Origin: Microthyrium microscopicum
Lineage: Eukaryota
Direction: 5' to 3'
NCBI GenBank assembly: GCA_010405405.1
Contig: MU004240.1
Location: forward strand, 1,084,882-1,148,881
Length of the DNA stretch: 64,000 nt
Below the pieces are notes generated by a model that was not told the origin of the DNA, did no database searches, and was given only the letters and a program-made list of their open reading frames with translations. A program made the position numbers and the translations under genes. Position 1 is the first letter of the stretch. Each line of letters starts with the position of its first letter. This document shows positions 1 through 13,412 of the stretch, piece by piece.

Positions 1-34
1 GGCTGAAAGAGTTGCGTTCGGAAAGGATCATCAT
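1..34 (-). CDS. Possible 5' start of a gene running off the left edge (MMILSERNSFS...)
   Basis: ATG in good context (ttcaATG) preceded on the minus strand by a pyrimidine-rich leader; only 11 codons visible. Confidence 0.3.
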   Translation of the reverse strand, partial: MMILSERNSFS

Positions 35-3000
35 TGAATTTTGGGCTTCGTATGCTGTTGAAGCAAGATATGAAGATAAACGTAAAAGAGGTTGCGGTGT
101 TCTGGGAGTAGGATGCGATTGCGAGGGGGTGAGGCGAGCGGCGATCGCTGCCGCGGTCCGTAGCAGTTCATAAATAGTCCCCTCGTTGATATCAAGGCAG
201 CGAGGCGCTCACGTTGAAAGACCGGTCAAGATTCATGATACCACTAGTCAAGGATCATGCCAGTTCCAACTCGAAGTTTAATCCTGATTTTTAGATTCTA
301 TTCGATGAGATTGCCTTGTGAACAAACATGTAAGTCAGTACCTGCATTCAATGAATGCTTCACTCAACTCCAGTGCTTTATTTGTGTATGTTGTACTTCG
401 GCATCCCAGGGTAATCTCTGTTCAATGCTGGACGAGGCAGCCGATGGCGATACAGTGTCGTTAAGATAAGCTCTGGCACGCAAATACACACATACTCTGG
501 CACGATGAGAAAGTACCGAATCGCTCGATCATTCCCAATGGGGAAGTCTTTTGTTGGTAACCCCCGTCCCCCACAGTTTCAACCTGTCAACCACTCCTTA
601 TGTACTCTACTATTCTCCGGCTGCAATGATTTGCTTTGCATTGCATCCCGCTGTCAAATTCCTCCGCACTCATTCCCATATGTTGAAGATTTTTGGTACC
701 TTGCATCTGAATCCTGAAGTCCCTTTTGGTTTGTTGGCTAACTACACCGGTACACTCCTAGAGTATATATCGATCCATTTCACCACTCCTTTGATTCTTT
801 CAGTCCCCCTTTTGACATTCAATTGGGTATTATTCAGAGCTAAAGTCCCTGATACCAGCGATTTGGAAAAATCACAGGCCGAAACTATGCTTGCGCAGCG
901 AAGATCGTGTGGCCCTACACCACCACTGCATTACCTTGCCGATCCTTAGCCTCACTTTTTTCGAACACAGTGGCAGAGACATGCCCATGTTGATTTTGGC
1001 ATTGGCTTCGATGTTGATAGTTCGATTGTATAGCAAAAAACATGCTCGCTACTGAGTAAGGTATCTGTGATAAATTTGTCTTCGAATTATGCACCTGGTC
1101 GACCATGAGAGCAGTACTCTGATCTCTTGGCCTGGCTCATCATTGACAATATAAAAAAACTTAGCATTTGGCTTGTGATGACTTGCTACCCATCTAGTCT
1201 AGAAGTTAAGACTTCCTTGAATAAAGCTCCAGAGTCAGCTCTAACCATTGTTAGATAGGTTTTGATTGTTTCAAATGAGAGTATGAAATCCATTGAGAAC
1301 TCGAGGCTACCAGATGCTAACGCACGGCTTCAAGATAGGCATAGGATATTCAAGTCCGTATCAAAAAACATGTCCTTATGCTCGCTCAGGCTCTGTTGAC
1401 ACTGGAGGTATTTTGACATATCTCTAGATATACCTTAGGTATGTATGACCAACCTGGTATGAACAGTGTAAGGCGTGATTTTAGTGGCAGCATCATCTAT
1501 ACTAATGCACAGTACCAGGTACAATGACTCATAGGGAGTGGAAACAGGATGTTTTCACCACTCAGACGTGATACTCTATCTCTTGCCCATCACTTTTCTT
1601 TTCTACCTATCCTAACATGCCTGATAACAAGGACGATAACTTAGTGTTTTGCCTTTCAACACAGTACCAGGTTGATCCTGTTATGATTGGATCCTCTACC
1701 TTCAAACCACCGGGTACTGGAGGATATTGCTCTCCTGCAATAATGCCGATGAGATTTCAATCTTGTTGATGGAAAGGCGGGAGAACAGCCAGCCGAGTCC
1801 ATCTGAGTGACGCTCATTGACCGCCTAACATCTCAACAACCAACTTCCTCCCAGATGCTCGAAGATCATTGTGCCGAAACTCAAGACACTACACGACTGA
1901 GAACGCAAAGCCATGTCTATTCCCCAGCTCTACGCCCTTCCGCCCTGCACAACTGCTTGCATACTTCACTGACGCTAGGTAAGTACTTACTTACCTGGTC
2001 AAGTAAATATCTAGAAGTCCTAGAAACACGCTATCAGAAGAAGTTATAGATCCCAGATCCTTGGGAGCCAGTGATGAAACATGCCTCACTCCCAGCAGCT
2101 CACGGCCTATCCATTTTCTCGGGTTTGACTCTTCACAGCTGACTTCCCTTCACCCAACGCCCGACAACATCTTCCGGCCAGTATTCATCCATCGATTGAC
2201 TACTAGCCGGGCCGCACGGCAGCACTGTTAACAAGCCGCCCGGCCTACTGCCCTCGCCTCACTCACCCACTGTTCCTTCCGTGGGACGCAATTGGCCAGA
2301 CTCTGATTTGTATACTCGTATAACTCCACTTCTCAATCTCCAGTTCATGGTATGCAGATAAGGCGATGAAAGCTGACCTCGAGGCGTGTTCGGGCGGCAC
2401 GGGCGGATAGGCGCATTAGCTGAAATGGTCAGAGAAGCCTTGTTATGAACGCATTATGAAGCTGTCAATGTGTAAGAGATTATCACTGTCATTTCTGGAA
2501 GTAAAATGCGTGGTCTAGGGTGTGTACGTATGTACTAGCAAGTATCGAGATGAAGAGTTGAATTCAGAAGGCGTTGGGGGTGAGCAGGATGCCCACTGTT
2601 GAGTTGAGCATCACAGCTTTGCTTTCCCACAGTCTCAGTTCTCAGATGGATACACTAGACTACTTTGCCACTCCTGATTCGTGAAGCCAAGTAGCTTGGA
2701 CGTGACGGAGCAAGAGTCGTTCAATCAATCCTGGGAGACTTATGGTGGTTCGATCAAGCTTCTTCGTCGCTGTAATTGATGCTCGGACTGTCTGCAGTGT
2801 CTCCGAATTTATCGCAGCAACTATCCTTCTACGTAGTGAGATTGTTATATTGGGCTCTCTGTGCTGGAAGCATTGAGGATTGCCGCTTGGATTGGGACGA
2901 GAGTAAGCGATTGTCGTCTGCCGACATCTGGTTTGTCAATCGTGAGACTTCGTCAGATCTCACTGAGGTAGCCGAGAGCTTAGTAGTCCACTTATCATCC

Positions 3001-3333
3001 TTATGCTAACATCACAATGAACCCACAGACACCATTAGACAGATAATCGCATCATAACAATTTATTCACCATCCGCCTCCATAGACGCCCACGATTCGGC
3101 CACGGATGCCACATCTGACCATGAACCCCACGCCCCTTTTTTATATCCAAGACGCCGACAGTAAACAAAACCCCATGCAGCAATTACAATGCTATAGAAG
3201 AGCCACATTACAGAGAAACAAAGGGAGCAATGGCTTCAGGGACAAACAACAAGCTAACGAGAATAAAAAAAGGGGGCCTCTAACACGAGAAAGTTATGTG
3301 CAAAGTCGTTTTCCCGCAATGACCCCAAAAGAC

Positions 3334-4787
3334 TCAATGCATCTCCTTAAGAACCTGAGCATCAACCTCATCCTGCAAATTCAACTTACTCCGTCCCCGT
3401 CTGCCATCAACCGGGCTGCCAGCTGGCGTCCCCTCACTATCGCTGTCGCGACTATCGTTCAGTGTTCGTCGGCTCTTTGACATCTAGAGACGGGCTTTAG
3501 CATTCAGTACATTATCACGGGAGAGAGAAGAACGAACCCATGAGCGTACACCGCCAATTAGACCTAGACTGTAGCCAGCCGCAAAATCTGACTGCGAGGC
3601 ATGGCCTGTGCCAATCATTGGTGACTTTGGCACCTCGATTCGTGGCAAGGAGCTGGCGCTCGTTGGACTGACTCTACCGTCGCGACGTTCGCGGCCTGAA
3701 GGTGCGGGACTGCCGGGGCGGCTGGGCTGCCAGAAGGTGCGGAGCTCGCGGGTGAGTTCTTGGCCGGTGGCGGACCAGTTTGTTTTGATGTTGTCGCGTA
3801 GTTCTGTGACGGCGCGTTTGATGTCGAGCTCGTTCTTCTTGAGCCAGGAGACATTGAGTTCTTGACGGGATGTGCCGCGCTGTAGCTGGCGGGCGATATA
3901 AGCGTCGTAGTCCTTGACAATCTTGGTGATGATGCCGGTCGTGCTCACTCCTTCAGTGCGCTGGGTAACGAGGAACTTGCCAGCTTTCTTGATAGGCGCG
4001 TAAATATCATCGCCTTCGTCCGCGCCATAGGGAATATCATCGTGTGCGACATAGTCAATCTTGTACTTGTCCATAAAGTCTGGTGCGTCGGAGATGATCC
4101 AGGGGCAGTCTTCGACGACTTCATCAACCCATTTACAGTGGCGAACAGATTCGGCGCGCTCAGCACCGGAGAGAACGGTCAATCCTTTGCGGCGGTGAGT
4201 TTCCTTGTCGCCTGTTACGCCAACGATTAAGTATGTGTCTGGGAATGCTTCTTTGGCTTGTTGTAGCTGTCGCATATGTCTATAACTTCCCGTTAGCTTG
4301 CAGCTTTCCCGCTGGAGGAAAAAGCTTGTCCTTACCCCAAGTGAAACAGATCAAAAACCCCATCAGCATACACACGAACAGGCCGTCCCTCAGGTGGAGG
4401 ATTGGTAGTATAACCTGCCGGGTGGATGAGGCCCGCCTTTGGTGGTGCTTTCATCTGTAAACGGCCTCGTTCGCCGCCCTCGCCATGCTCCAGGGCATCT
4501 GCAATACGCTGTTGCTCCTCAGCAGACTTGCTATCAGACTGCTCCATTCCATTACTAGAGCTGCCATTCATGCTATTATCATCGTATGATGATGCATTGG
4601 TAAGGCTGGGCCTGGTGCGCTTAGCGGCCGGGCTATCGTCCTGCTGCTGTTGAGCCGCTTTAGCTGCCGTCACTTCGTGGAGGATAGGATCGGCAGTGTC
4701 AGAGGCAGAGGCATCGCGGGAAGATGGTTGAGGCGGAGGAGGGTCGGTCTTGCTTAGTGTTGAGGTTCGTTTCCGTTTTGGTGCCAT
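3334..4787 (-). CDS. PCT1: Choline-phosphate cytidylyltransferase, 3 exons (introns 4280-4335 and 3484-3537)
   Basis: RPVRVYADGVFDLFHLG|HMRQL (HxGH motif joined across a GTAAG...GCTAAC...TAG intron), RTEGVST motif, YVAHDDIPY; third exon ends in TGA at 3334-3336. Confidence 0.95.
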
Positions 4788-5996
4788 TGTGAAGATTGCT
4801 TAATAGCCTGCGAGGCTAGGCGTAGGCTTGTTGGAGTGGAAGGTAGACTAAGGGTTGGATAGACGGAGTTGGGAGGACAATGGCAATAGGTCGTTTGATG
4901 GACAGGTTCGATGGATGAGAGGAAAAAATGGTTCCGATGTTGGAGAACGTTCGTCAAGAAACTTGGTGTTGGATCTTGGGAGCTCAACACATGCCAGTAG
5001 CCGAATGACGTGACGTGACTTCTTGGAAGTTGAGCTCTGCCTTGGAAAACACCAATACCAACCCTTTGCTTTTCCAACTCTCAATCGAGACTACAGGATA
5101 GCGGCATCTGGCAATCGTCGGTAGGAGGTCTTTGGTGTCCTTTGGAGAATTGTTGTACTAGTTTCGCAACAATGCGAGCTCATTCTACAGACACAATATG
5201 TCCAAACGCCAGATGAGCAGCTACAAGCATGCTATCCCTGGCTTGTTCTAACTGCAGTCGGGGCTCAAATTTCACCTTCGCGGGGATTTTTATTGAAAGG
5301 CGGCCCATAAACAGCAATCATTTGACCTTGTTGTAATCTAATTGCCTCTAAATTTCGCCTTATGTCCAGACCAAAGTAGCAGCTTCATTGGTCCGCCTTG
5401 GCATCTGTATATCTTTCACTACATCGACATCAATGGACTAATTGCACCTGATGCTTTGAGTACTGTGTGTAGTAGAAAATCGCGGAAATTCCCGAGCATT
5501 GCTTTCAATCAAACATTAACAAGTCTATTTGTCCAAGCAGCAAGAGTCAAATGGCGCAATGCGGATGTACCAGGTACATAAGATATAGAAATGATCCAGT
5601 TCCCCTAGCCAACACGCAACAGCAGTAGCATGCACCAAAATGATCCTAGAACGCATCAGATTTCCAACAAAGTAGGTATCAATGAGAAAGCAAGACCAAA
5701 AGAAAAAAGACCACATTTCACACCCTCCACACCCTCCCAGGGTCTACTACTGAATGCAGCTTAACGGGGTAATAGTATCCATAAAGTAAAACAACCAAGC
5801 TCGTATAATCGCACAAACACGACACGCAATCGCAACCAGCCATCTGCTAAAGATGACCGCCTACACCAATCCGATCCACATCGTGTCATGTCGCTCCCAG
5901 TTCCAATGCCAAATATCTTTGAACAAGAAACTTTTTGCTAATGCATCATAGGCTTCCTAACTCATGTCGTACAAGTTCATCGCACATAGCAAGGCT

Positions 5997-7877
5997 TTAA
6001 GGCTTTGATTCTGTCTTGGTGCCCGTATCTGTCGTCTTGGTCGTTTCGCTCTCCGACTTCTTGTCGGCTACACTGGAGGCAGTACTGGCTTCGGTATGCG
6101 ATTTGGCAGGAAGAGTGTCAGTGCTGGAAGTGGGTGCTGGAGTTTCTTCTCGTCGGCTTCGTTCCTCGGCTGCTTCACCTTCGTCTTCACTACCGGAAGG
6201 TGTGCCCTTGGTGACTTGCTCTTCGAGATCTTTGTCCTCATCTTGGTCAAACATGTCAGCGTCGTTCTCGTTGGAAGTGGTAATGTTGAATCCTCCGCTA
6301 CCGTCCCCAAGAAGGATTATACCGCGAGGCAGTCTTCCTCCTCCAAGTTGATTGGGACGGTGGTCAAGGTCCATTGACATATCAAAGTCTTCATGATTAT
6401 CATCGGCGCGCATACCGGGTCCACGATGTTCCGCTGCGCAGTCAATTAGCAGGGAGGGCTTGTTGACATTAGACATTAAAAACTAACCAAACTCTGGGGG
6501 TGCACATGGGCCATCGCCCTTGGCGACACGATCTGCAACATCTTGATACCACTGTTCCTTTGTCTTTCCTTGAAGGAGAGCAACTACAATAACGGTCATG
6601 TTGTCACATCCGACGCCTCCAGTATCGCTAGTCCTAGCTAGGCAATTGTCCATGAGGTTCTCGCAGATTGATGACAGCTCTTGCTTTGCGACAATGCCAC
6701 GTCTAACGAACTCGATAACGGCTTGAGAAGACTGGCAATCCCAGATACCTAGACAGTGTGAGCAATACGAAAGAAAATTCTATTAGAGATAAAATCATAC
6801 CATCGCATGCAATGACAACGAATTCATCGTCTTCAGTGACCTCGTGTTCGGTAACATCGGGGAATGCGGTGACTATCTGTTGCTCCGGAGGGAGTTCGGC
6901 GGTTTTCTTGAATTCGAAATCGCCAATGGCACGAGAGAGGGCGAGGTTTCCATTGACTCGTCCAAAATCAACGAATCCACCAGCAGCAGTGATGCGGGCT
7001 CTTTCGGCTTTTCAGTGTTAGACAGATCATTGTCAAGTTGAAGGTTTCTCTTACAATCGTTCTGAGGCTTGTGGTCAAAGGAAAGCGGCTTAGCCCGTCC
7101 TTTGATACCCAAGACAGCGCGCGAGTCGCCAGCGTTGCTCTGCAAAAGTTAGTGGTGGTTTCCAGATGGTTGGGTGTTCGAAAAACGTACGCAAAAGATT
7201 TTGTTGTTTGTGAGTACTCCAACGCATGCGGTGCAACCCGAGACTTCTTCCTCGTATTTTGGATCTTGAAAACGTCAGTGTATGTATGGAAACGCCAATC
7301 GCTAGAGCTCACCATTCAAGATTGCTCTATCGGTAGCCAAAAACCCATCTTTGAGAGCCTTTTCAAGATCGCCCGACTTGTATCCTTCCTGCTTTGCAAT
7401 AATCTTATGCAGATATTCCCCAGCGTATATCGCTACTTTGTCTCCACCATGTCCATCGTAAACACCAAAGAAGCTCAACCGTTTGTCGCCAGTAGTAAGT
7501 TCAGTGCTCTTGTCGCCTTCGGCTTTGAGGTCGAGGATAGTAGCGTGGGCATCTTCCATACTTATTCGCCATCCTTGCATGGAGGATACACCGTAGACGA
7601 AACGTTCATCTTCACCGGATGCCGAATGCTATATCGGTCGTATTAGCAGGGCGCAAAGGCCAAAAGTCCTGTTGTAAAATTGCAGGAAAGTAAAAAGTCA
7701 AAAAGGTAGGGTCACTACTAGAGACGGGCTGAAAAGAAGCCGATAAGAGAAATACGAAAGGAAAGTATCCAGCCAGACCGCATGTCATCTCACTCGCGAC
7801 CACGAACGCAATGCAAATCACGCAAAATTATTTGGACTAACCTTTTCTACCACGGGCTCACTGAGAGTCTGTCCCAT
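5997..7877 (-). CDS. PTC2: Protein phosphatase 2C, Ptc2/Ptc3 type, multi-exon
   Basis: [13 protein letters not shown]-terminus, [51 protein letters not shown] motifs; acidic C-terminal tail; 213-nt first intron 7629-7841. Confidence 0.95.
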
Positions 7878-9049
7878 GATTGCAGTCGGTACTCGTCGGG
7901 CGAGCGGAAGGTGGTATTAAGAGGAGGATATAAGCAGCAAGTATCTGTCGTTCATGAGATTTGGTCGGGAGAATGCAAACGGACTCAGATTCGAAGACTG
8001 GGCTGAATGACGCTGGGTACGACAGAGTTTGTTGGTGGTTGAGAGGGGCTGAGTTTTGAGCGGCAGGCGGCGGCGGGCAAAGGGCAATGACGACGTGTAG
8101 AAGACAGGAGAATTGAAAGCTGGCGATGAGAAGAGATGTGTTGGAGAAGGAGAGGAGGGGAGCGAAAATCACCACGAGAGGATGACAAGAAGTTGGTCGT
8201 TTGAAGAGAAAAGTGGAAGTATGGACGATGGAGTTTAAATCGAGTAAGGTTGCGAACTGGTGGTGGGACTGGGAGGTTGTCCAGAGCGAGGTCCACAGCA
8301 CCACAGTCGCGCCTGCCTTGCCTGGGTCTTGACCCCTCCGTTCCTTCCCATCATTGCTGCCAGCACCCGGCCTCAAAGAACTCTAAACAGAAAGAGCGAC
8401 GGCTGCCCACCAAATCTACCCGCCGCAACGCCAATACCACTAACATCTCATCTCATCTGGTTATGCGTTGTTCCTTCTTCCTAGTCTCAAAGTATATCAT
8501 ACACTACTCTTATTCGGGAAATGACACCATTGAACATTGGAAAGAGCAGGTCCACGTGATGTGATATTACGGAAGGCGTTAGGTACCGGTACCATGATCG
8601 TTGGTATGTAGCTTCCGCTTGCGGCTACTTGTCTTCAATATCAAAATTGATGATACATCGTGACAAAATGAGATAGAAGCAATATCGGGCGTGTTTTCAC
8701 GGCAAGGTTAAAAACCCAGCCACCTACATACGCTACGTCTTCAGCCAGTACTATATCAGCCATTGTCGTTGATATCTTATTGACCTTGGTAGATTCAACA
8801 AGGCAAGAACGCACGCGACCGAGTACATGTGTAAAAGCATATCAATCATACAACACAGGTGAAATAGAATAATAATAAATACGCTCATCGCAAATCTGAA
8901 TTCCTAACCCAGAGCTATAACGCTCAATGCTAAAGCGCGCTAAAAAAAGGAAAGTCGAACTGATGGTATCCAAAATCACAATTCGCTGCCATAGCTCGCT
9001 TGCTCGCTTCAAAACCCAAAACACCACGCCGTCTCTAGTCTCCTCAACA

Positions 9050-11243
9050 TTACAACATCATACTCCTCCGTCTCGCAGCCACCCGGTTCGCGCGATCAAG
9101 AGGATTCTCCCCTCTAATCTTCCCAACCGCCGCCAACTCACCACCCCCTCCCTTCCCCTTCGCCTCGTCCCCGCCCCTTACATCAGTCATACTCGAATGC
9201 CGCCGCTGAGCCCGCCCCTGTGTAATACTATCCGACGACCTATCGCTCGATGTCGGCGAACTCTCATTAAAATCGTAAACTGCTAATTCAGCCTCACGCA
9301 TCTCATCTACGCGCCGCCGTCGACTTGGTGCGGGGAGCGCGTCGACTGCTGCTGATGCATGGCGTGCAGAGGTAGCTTTCGTTGAAGCTGTAGTGGATGA
9401 AGTGGATGATGGAGTAGCGTAGCTTGCGCTGACGGAAGCTCGTGGGGCGCGCTTAGTTTTGGTGCTGGTGCTGGTGGAGTCTGCTTCCGATGCGTCGGAT
9501 ACAGGCAGTGGTTCCGATATTTTGTTGACTAGCGGGCTTGGAGCTTCGTCGATGTATGATGGTGGGAGATCAGACGATGATGATTTTGGCTGCCATGGAT
9601 GTGCCGAGTCTTTTTTGACGATGGCGCCGGGGATTGGACGGCCGTCTTTGCCTACTGCGTCAGAGAGCTCCTTTGTGGGTCGGCGCATTTTGCTGATGAG
9701 GTTGGGTTCGGCGTAGTTGACGACTGCGCGGGCGCGGCGCCCGGGTCGGCCGCTTGGCTCGAGGCCGGTGGTTGTTGATATGGAGGCTAGGTTTGTGGGG
9801 GGTGGTGTGTCTTTGCCTACTGGTCTGTCTGTTGATGGTTGGGATGGTGGTGAGAAGAGATCGAGAGCTGGGGTTTTTGGTTGAAGAGCTGCTTCATAAG
9901 CTGCCATGTCAACGATGTTCAAGTCTGAGGACGCTTTTGACTCTGGAATTGCTGTTTTTCTCGTGGTTTCGATATTGAGCTCTGGGAGTGCTTTTGACTC
10001 TGGAAGTACTGGTTTTCTATCTTTTATCTTGGTTCGCGGTGGGTCCTTGAGTAAAGATGGCGCTGGAGGAGCTTTCAATGATTTCTCGGTTCCAAGCCCT
10101 CTCCTTGGCTTCTTTGGAGAAACAACTGGATCCGTATTGACGGGTTCTGTCATCAAATTAGCACGTTATCAGAAGTCGAACCTCGGAAACTTACTCTCGC
10201 CAAATGGCTTTCGATCTATCGTTGGTTCCTTCGATGGGCGCGAAGAACTTCTCTTCTCACTTATATCAGTTCTGCGCTCAGAGCTCTTCTGCAACGAAGT
10301 TTTCCGAGCAAACGTAAAGGATTCCACTGCCGGCGCAGCTTTTGCAGTCTCATCATCTCGCGCATCGAGTTTCCGCTTTAACGTAGTCCGTATGACCGGC
10401 TTCGTCTCTGCAGAACTTTCAGCACTCAACTCATCTATTTCCATCTCGGGCTGCTCAAAGGAAACCGAACGCCTACTGCTCATCTTTCCACTATCTCTGC
10501 GCTTGCGTCTCATTTCCACATTTGATGGCAACCCTTCTGGAAGCATATCATCCATTCCCTCCACAGCTTGTGCAGGCGCAGGTATGTCCATTATCGTGTC
10601 AGACTCCTGGATGGGATCGGGCATGAGGGAGAGCGCAACAGGGGGCGGGCCTGGATCTGAATCGAATGAACTGCTTGTTATTTCTGCTTGTGGTTGCTCA
10701 GCTAGCGATGCGCGCGGCCAGCTCTTATCTTCCGCGATTGTCGCCAAACGTCCTTCTTGCTCCTCAAGCATGTCCAACTCATGGCGTTCTGGCCTGGCTA
10801 GAGATTCTCTGTGCTTTTGTTTGGGAGGAAGCTTCTGGAATGAAGCCAACTCGGAGACAAGCCCGCTCAGCATATCCATCTGTTGTTCCAGCTTTTCGCG
10901 AACAGACCGAACGCTGATCTTATCAGGCCGGTTGTCAATTTCGACTTTGAGGGCGATATTTTCTTGGGAGAGTTCGGCATTAAGGGTGAGAAGTTTGGAG
11001 ATCTCGCTTTCGAGGACGCGTATTCGAATGGATTGTATGGAGTTGCTTCTAGGTGACTGGTTAGTTTTTGCTCCTATCGCAACATTCAGATATGCGCGCT
11101 CACTTTGCCAACTCTCGATTTTGTCGCAGAAACCTCCGTTTAACTTGAAACCTCGTCAGCCTTATTTTTGATCCATTCAGAAGAGTATTCATACCAGCAT
11201 CGACAGACTCGGCGGGCGGACCGAGTTCATTTACCCTTGCCAT
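9050..11243 (-). CDS. SGO1: Shugoshin, 4 exons
   Basis: Spliced N-terminal coiled coil MARVNE...KRRFLRQNRELAKSNSIQSIRIRVLESE; SGO motif RPGRRARAVVNYAEPNLISKMRRP; C-terminal RRRSMML; intron 10147-10194 joins the two large ORF pieces. Confidence 0.9.
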
Positions 11244-11624
11244 GGGTTTCAACCACAGTTCCAGCGGCGGAACAGTCCGATTTTGTCACAAAATTGTAGT
11301 AATAGGTATTCAGGTTGCTCCGAGGAAGCTTTCGATCGAGTAATGCCAGAATAAGCGACGTGGTTGCTGTTGCGTGCGTGGATGGCTTGGACAGATTGAT
11401 GGGTAAGAAGTTGGACTTTTGAGAAAATCTACGGAGTAAACAACAACAAATGGCCGAACCTAGCAACAGCGCTAGGCCCAACTAGGCATGCGCTATCCCA
11501 CCCCTCCATCATGCGAGAAAAGTCGCGATATCCCCGATCGCGTCGCAAATTATTTGAAAGTGTCTGACAACTGCACAATTTGAGATCTTTGTTTTCCAAC
11601 CCTCACCAGGTCTCATCTATCACA

Positions 11625-12120
11625 ATGTCGAACTTCACCCGCCCCATACCCTCTCACACGCGCAATCTCTCCCTCAACCAACCCAGCGCAAGCCAACAAG
11701 CCGCGCTCGTCGCACGCGTCAACGAGAAGAAAGCAGAGCTCGCTGGTCTTCGCGAACTACAAGCACTTAGCGGCTCAGTGGCAGATCAAATGCAAATGCT
11801 CGAAGACAAGCTGTCCACACTAGCCGACGGGACAGAAGGTATGGCATATTTCAACAATTGAAGAGATAGCGCTGACAGCCTCAATAGCGGTCGCGACGGT
11901 CCTAGCAAACTGGCACAGTGTACTACGCGCAATACATATGGCTTCGAGTGAGATGCTCACTATGCAATGGAGGAGTCATGCTGACGAGCGGATAGCGAAA
12001 CTACCAAAACCGAAGGATGATAGCGCGAATGAGACAGTACTGCCGCAGACGTTGGTGCGGATACCGACGCAGCATGCGGATCTGATACCGCAGGGGACTT
12101 CGGGAAGTATAGCGGAATGA
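11625..12120 (+). CDS. DAD2: DASH/Dam1 complex subunit Dad2, 3 exons
   Basis: RVNEKKAELAGLREL...LSTLADGTE|AVATVLANWHSVLRAIHMAS|...LPQTLVRIP matches the Dad2 pattern; two short GT-AG introns. Confidence 0.9.
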
Positions 12121-12489
12121 AACGTGACTGGCGAAGAGGCTTTGGTAGTAACCGGAAGCTTGAAAGCACGTGCTATGCAGCATCTACGAAGATGACAGGA
12201 TGCGCGGTATGTGATTAGACTCTAGTGCAGAGTTTGATCAATGACGAAATATGATATGCATCCACTCAGTTGATAGAACGACGCCCGAGGCACAGCATTA
12301 GTGTCAATTGGGCAGATTCTGAATTGGTCTAGACAGCGAATCCATCTAAACAAGTAACGCTATGAAGCTATGCTGCAGCGGAAAACACCCCTTTATGTCT
12401 TCCCCAAGAAGAGAATCTATATGAATCATAACGCTCATCAATCATTTTGGACCTTGGTACCTCATGACACATATCTCAATTGGTAGGTG

Positions 12490-13024
12490 TCAAGAAGATG
12501 GTCCACTCGGCTGTGCTGGCTTATACTTTGGCACTCGCTCATAAGCATTCGGACTAGGTTTTCTCGCTCTACCATCTCCGTCCTTATCCTCATCATGTTT
12601 GTGATTATGCCGCCGCTTCGCTCTCGATCTTTTCGCTCCGCCCGCGGGACGCGCTCGACTATTGTCTGGCTCCGAGTCTAAGTTACTATCCGAATCACTG
12701 CTGTCCGAATCATCGCCTGATGACTCGCCGGCCGCATGTGGTTTGTGGTATATGCAGCATACTATAGTGGCTGCTGTTAGCACAATTGCCCATGTAAGTG
12801 GTTCCCTGCATCTTACCTTTTGATGATTTTTTGCCCATTCCTTCATTGTCTACTACATCTTCCGCCCATTGTATATGACGTGTTGTGGCTCCCTCTGCTC
12901 GCAGCACAAGGATTGGCCGGGTCTGTTGAGGTTGGGTTTCTGTATGAGTTTGGGTGGTAGTGGCAGTAGTGCCGGGCCTTGTTCGTATAGGTAATGCCTG
13001 ACGGGCAGACTGGGAGGTTGCCAT
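12490..13024 (-). CDS. YPI1: PP1 regulator Ypi1 (inhibitor-3), 2 exons
   Basis: [29 protein letters not shown], acidic Ser-rich tract, PSPNAYER tail; intron about 12762-12816. Confidence 0.92.
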
Positions 13025-13379
13025 TGTAATGGTGCAATTTGTAATGTTTGAAAATTTGCTTTGCTTAAGAGCTGGATTGATAAAGGAGGGAACAAAGAAG
13101 TTTGCTGTGACAAGATGCTTTGTCTGAGGAGGAGGCAGGAAATGGGGGGGCGGCGCTTGGCAGATTTACACGTCACGGAAAGTATTATGCCGTAAGGTAG
13201 TGAAACAATGTAGTCAGCTTGAAAGCCAGAAGCGGTGTGAAGGGTGCGAAGCTGACAAGCTGAAGGTGAATATTAGGAAGTTGTAGGAACCTTGGAATAA
13301 TGGGGACGATTAGCAAACGAAATCCTGCAACATTCATTTGCAGATCTTCACCTAAGATAGCTAGTAAACGAAATCGAGC

Positions 13380-13412
13380 AGTTGCCGCTAGACCTGAGGT
13401 CTAGCGGCAACT
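13380..13412. repeat. Perfect inverted repeat, 16-bp arms with 1-nt spacer
   Basis: agttgccgctagacct-g-aggtctagcggcaact; 3 more pairs (gag/ctc) follow after one mismatch. Confidence 0.9.

Noticed and set aside
20..37. ggaaaggatcatcattga resembling the 18S/ITS1 junction
   Set aside because: Flanks show no rRNA similarity
551..949. 132-aa hydrophobic ORF
   Set aside because: TTG start, no recognisable domain and no supporting splice structure
1977..1998. TACTTACCTGG resembling the U1 snRNA 5' end
   Set aside because: No downstream ATTGCAC loop or Sm site; part of a short aggtaagt/acttacct inverted repeat
2070..2142. GTGATGA...CTGA C/D snoRNA-like boxes with a TTTGACTCTTCA word
   Set aside because: No terminal stem, no U3 box A and no identifiable rRNA-complementary guide
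9906..11171. 421-aa plus-strand ORF
   Set aside because: Antisense shadow of shugoshin; Ser/Leu-rich with no motifs
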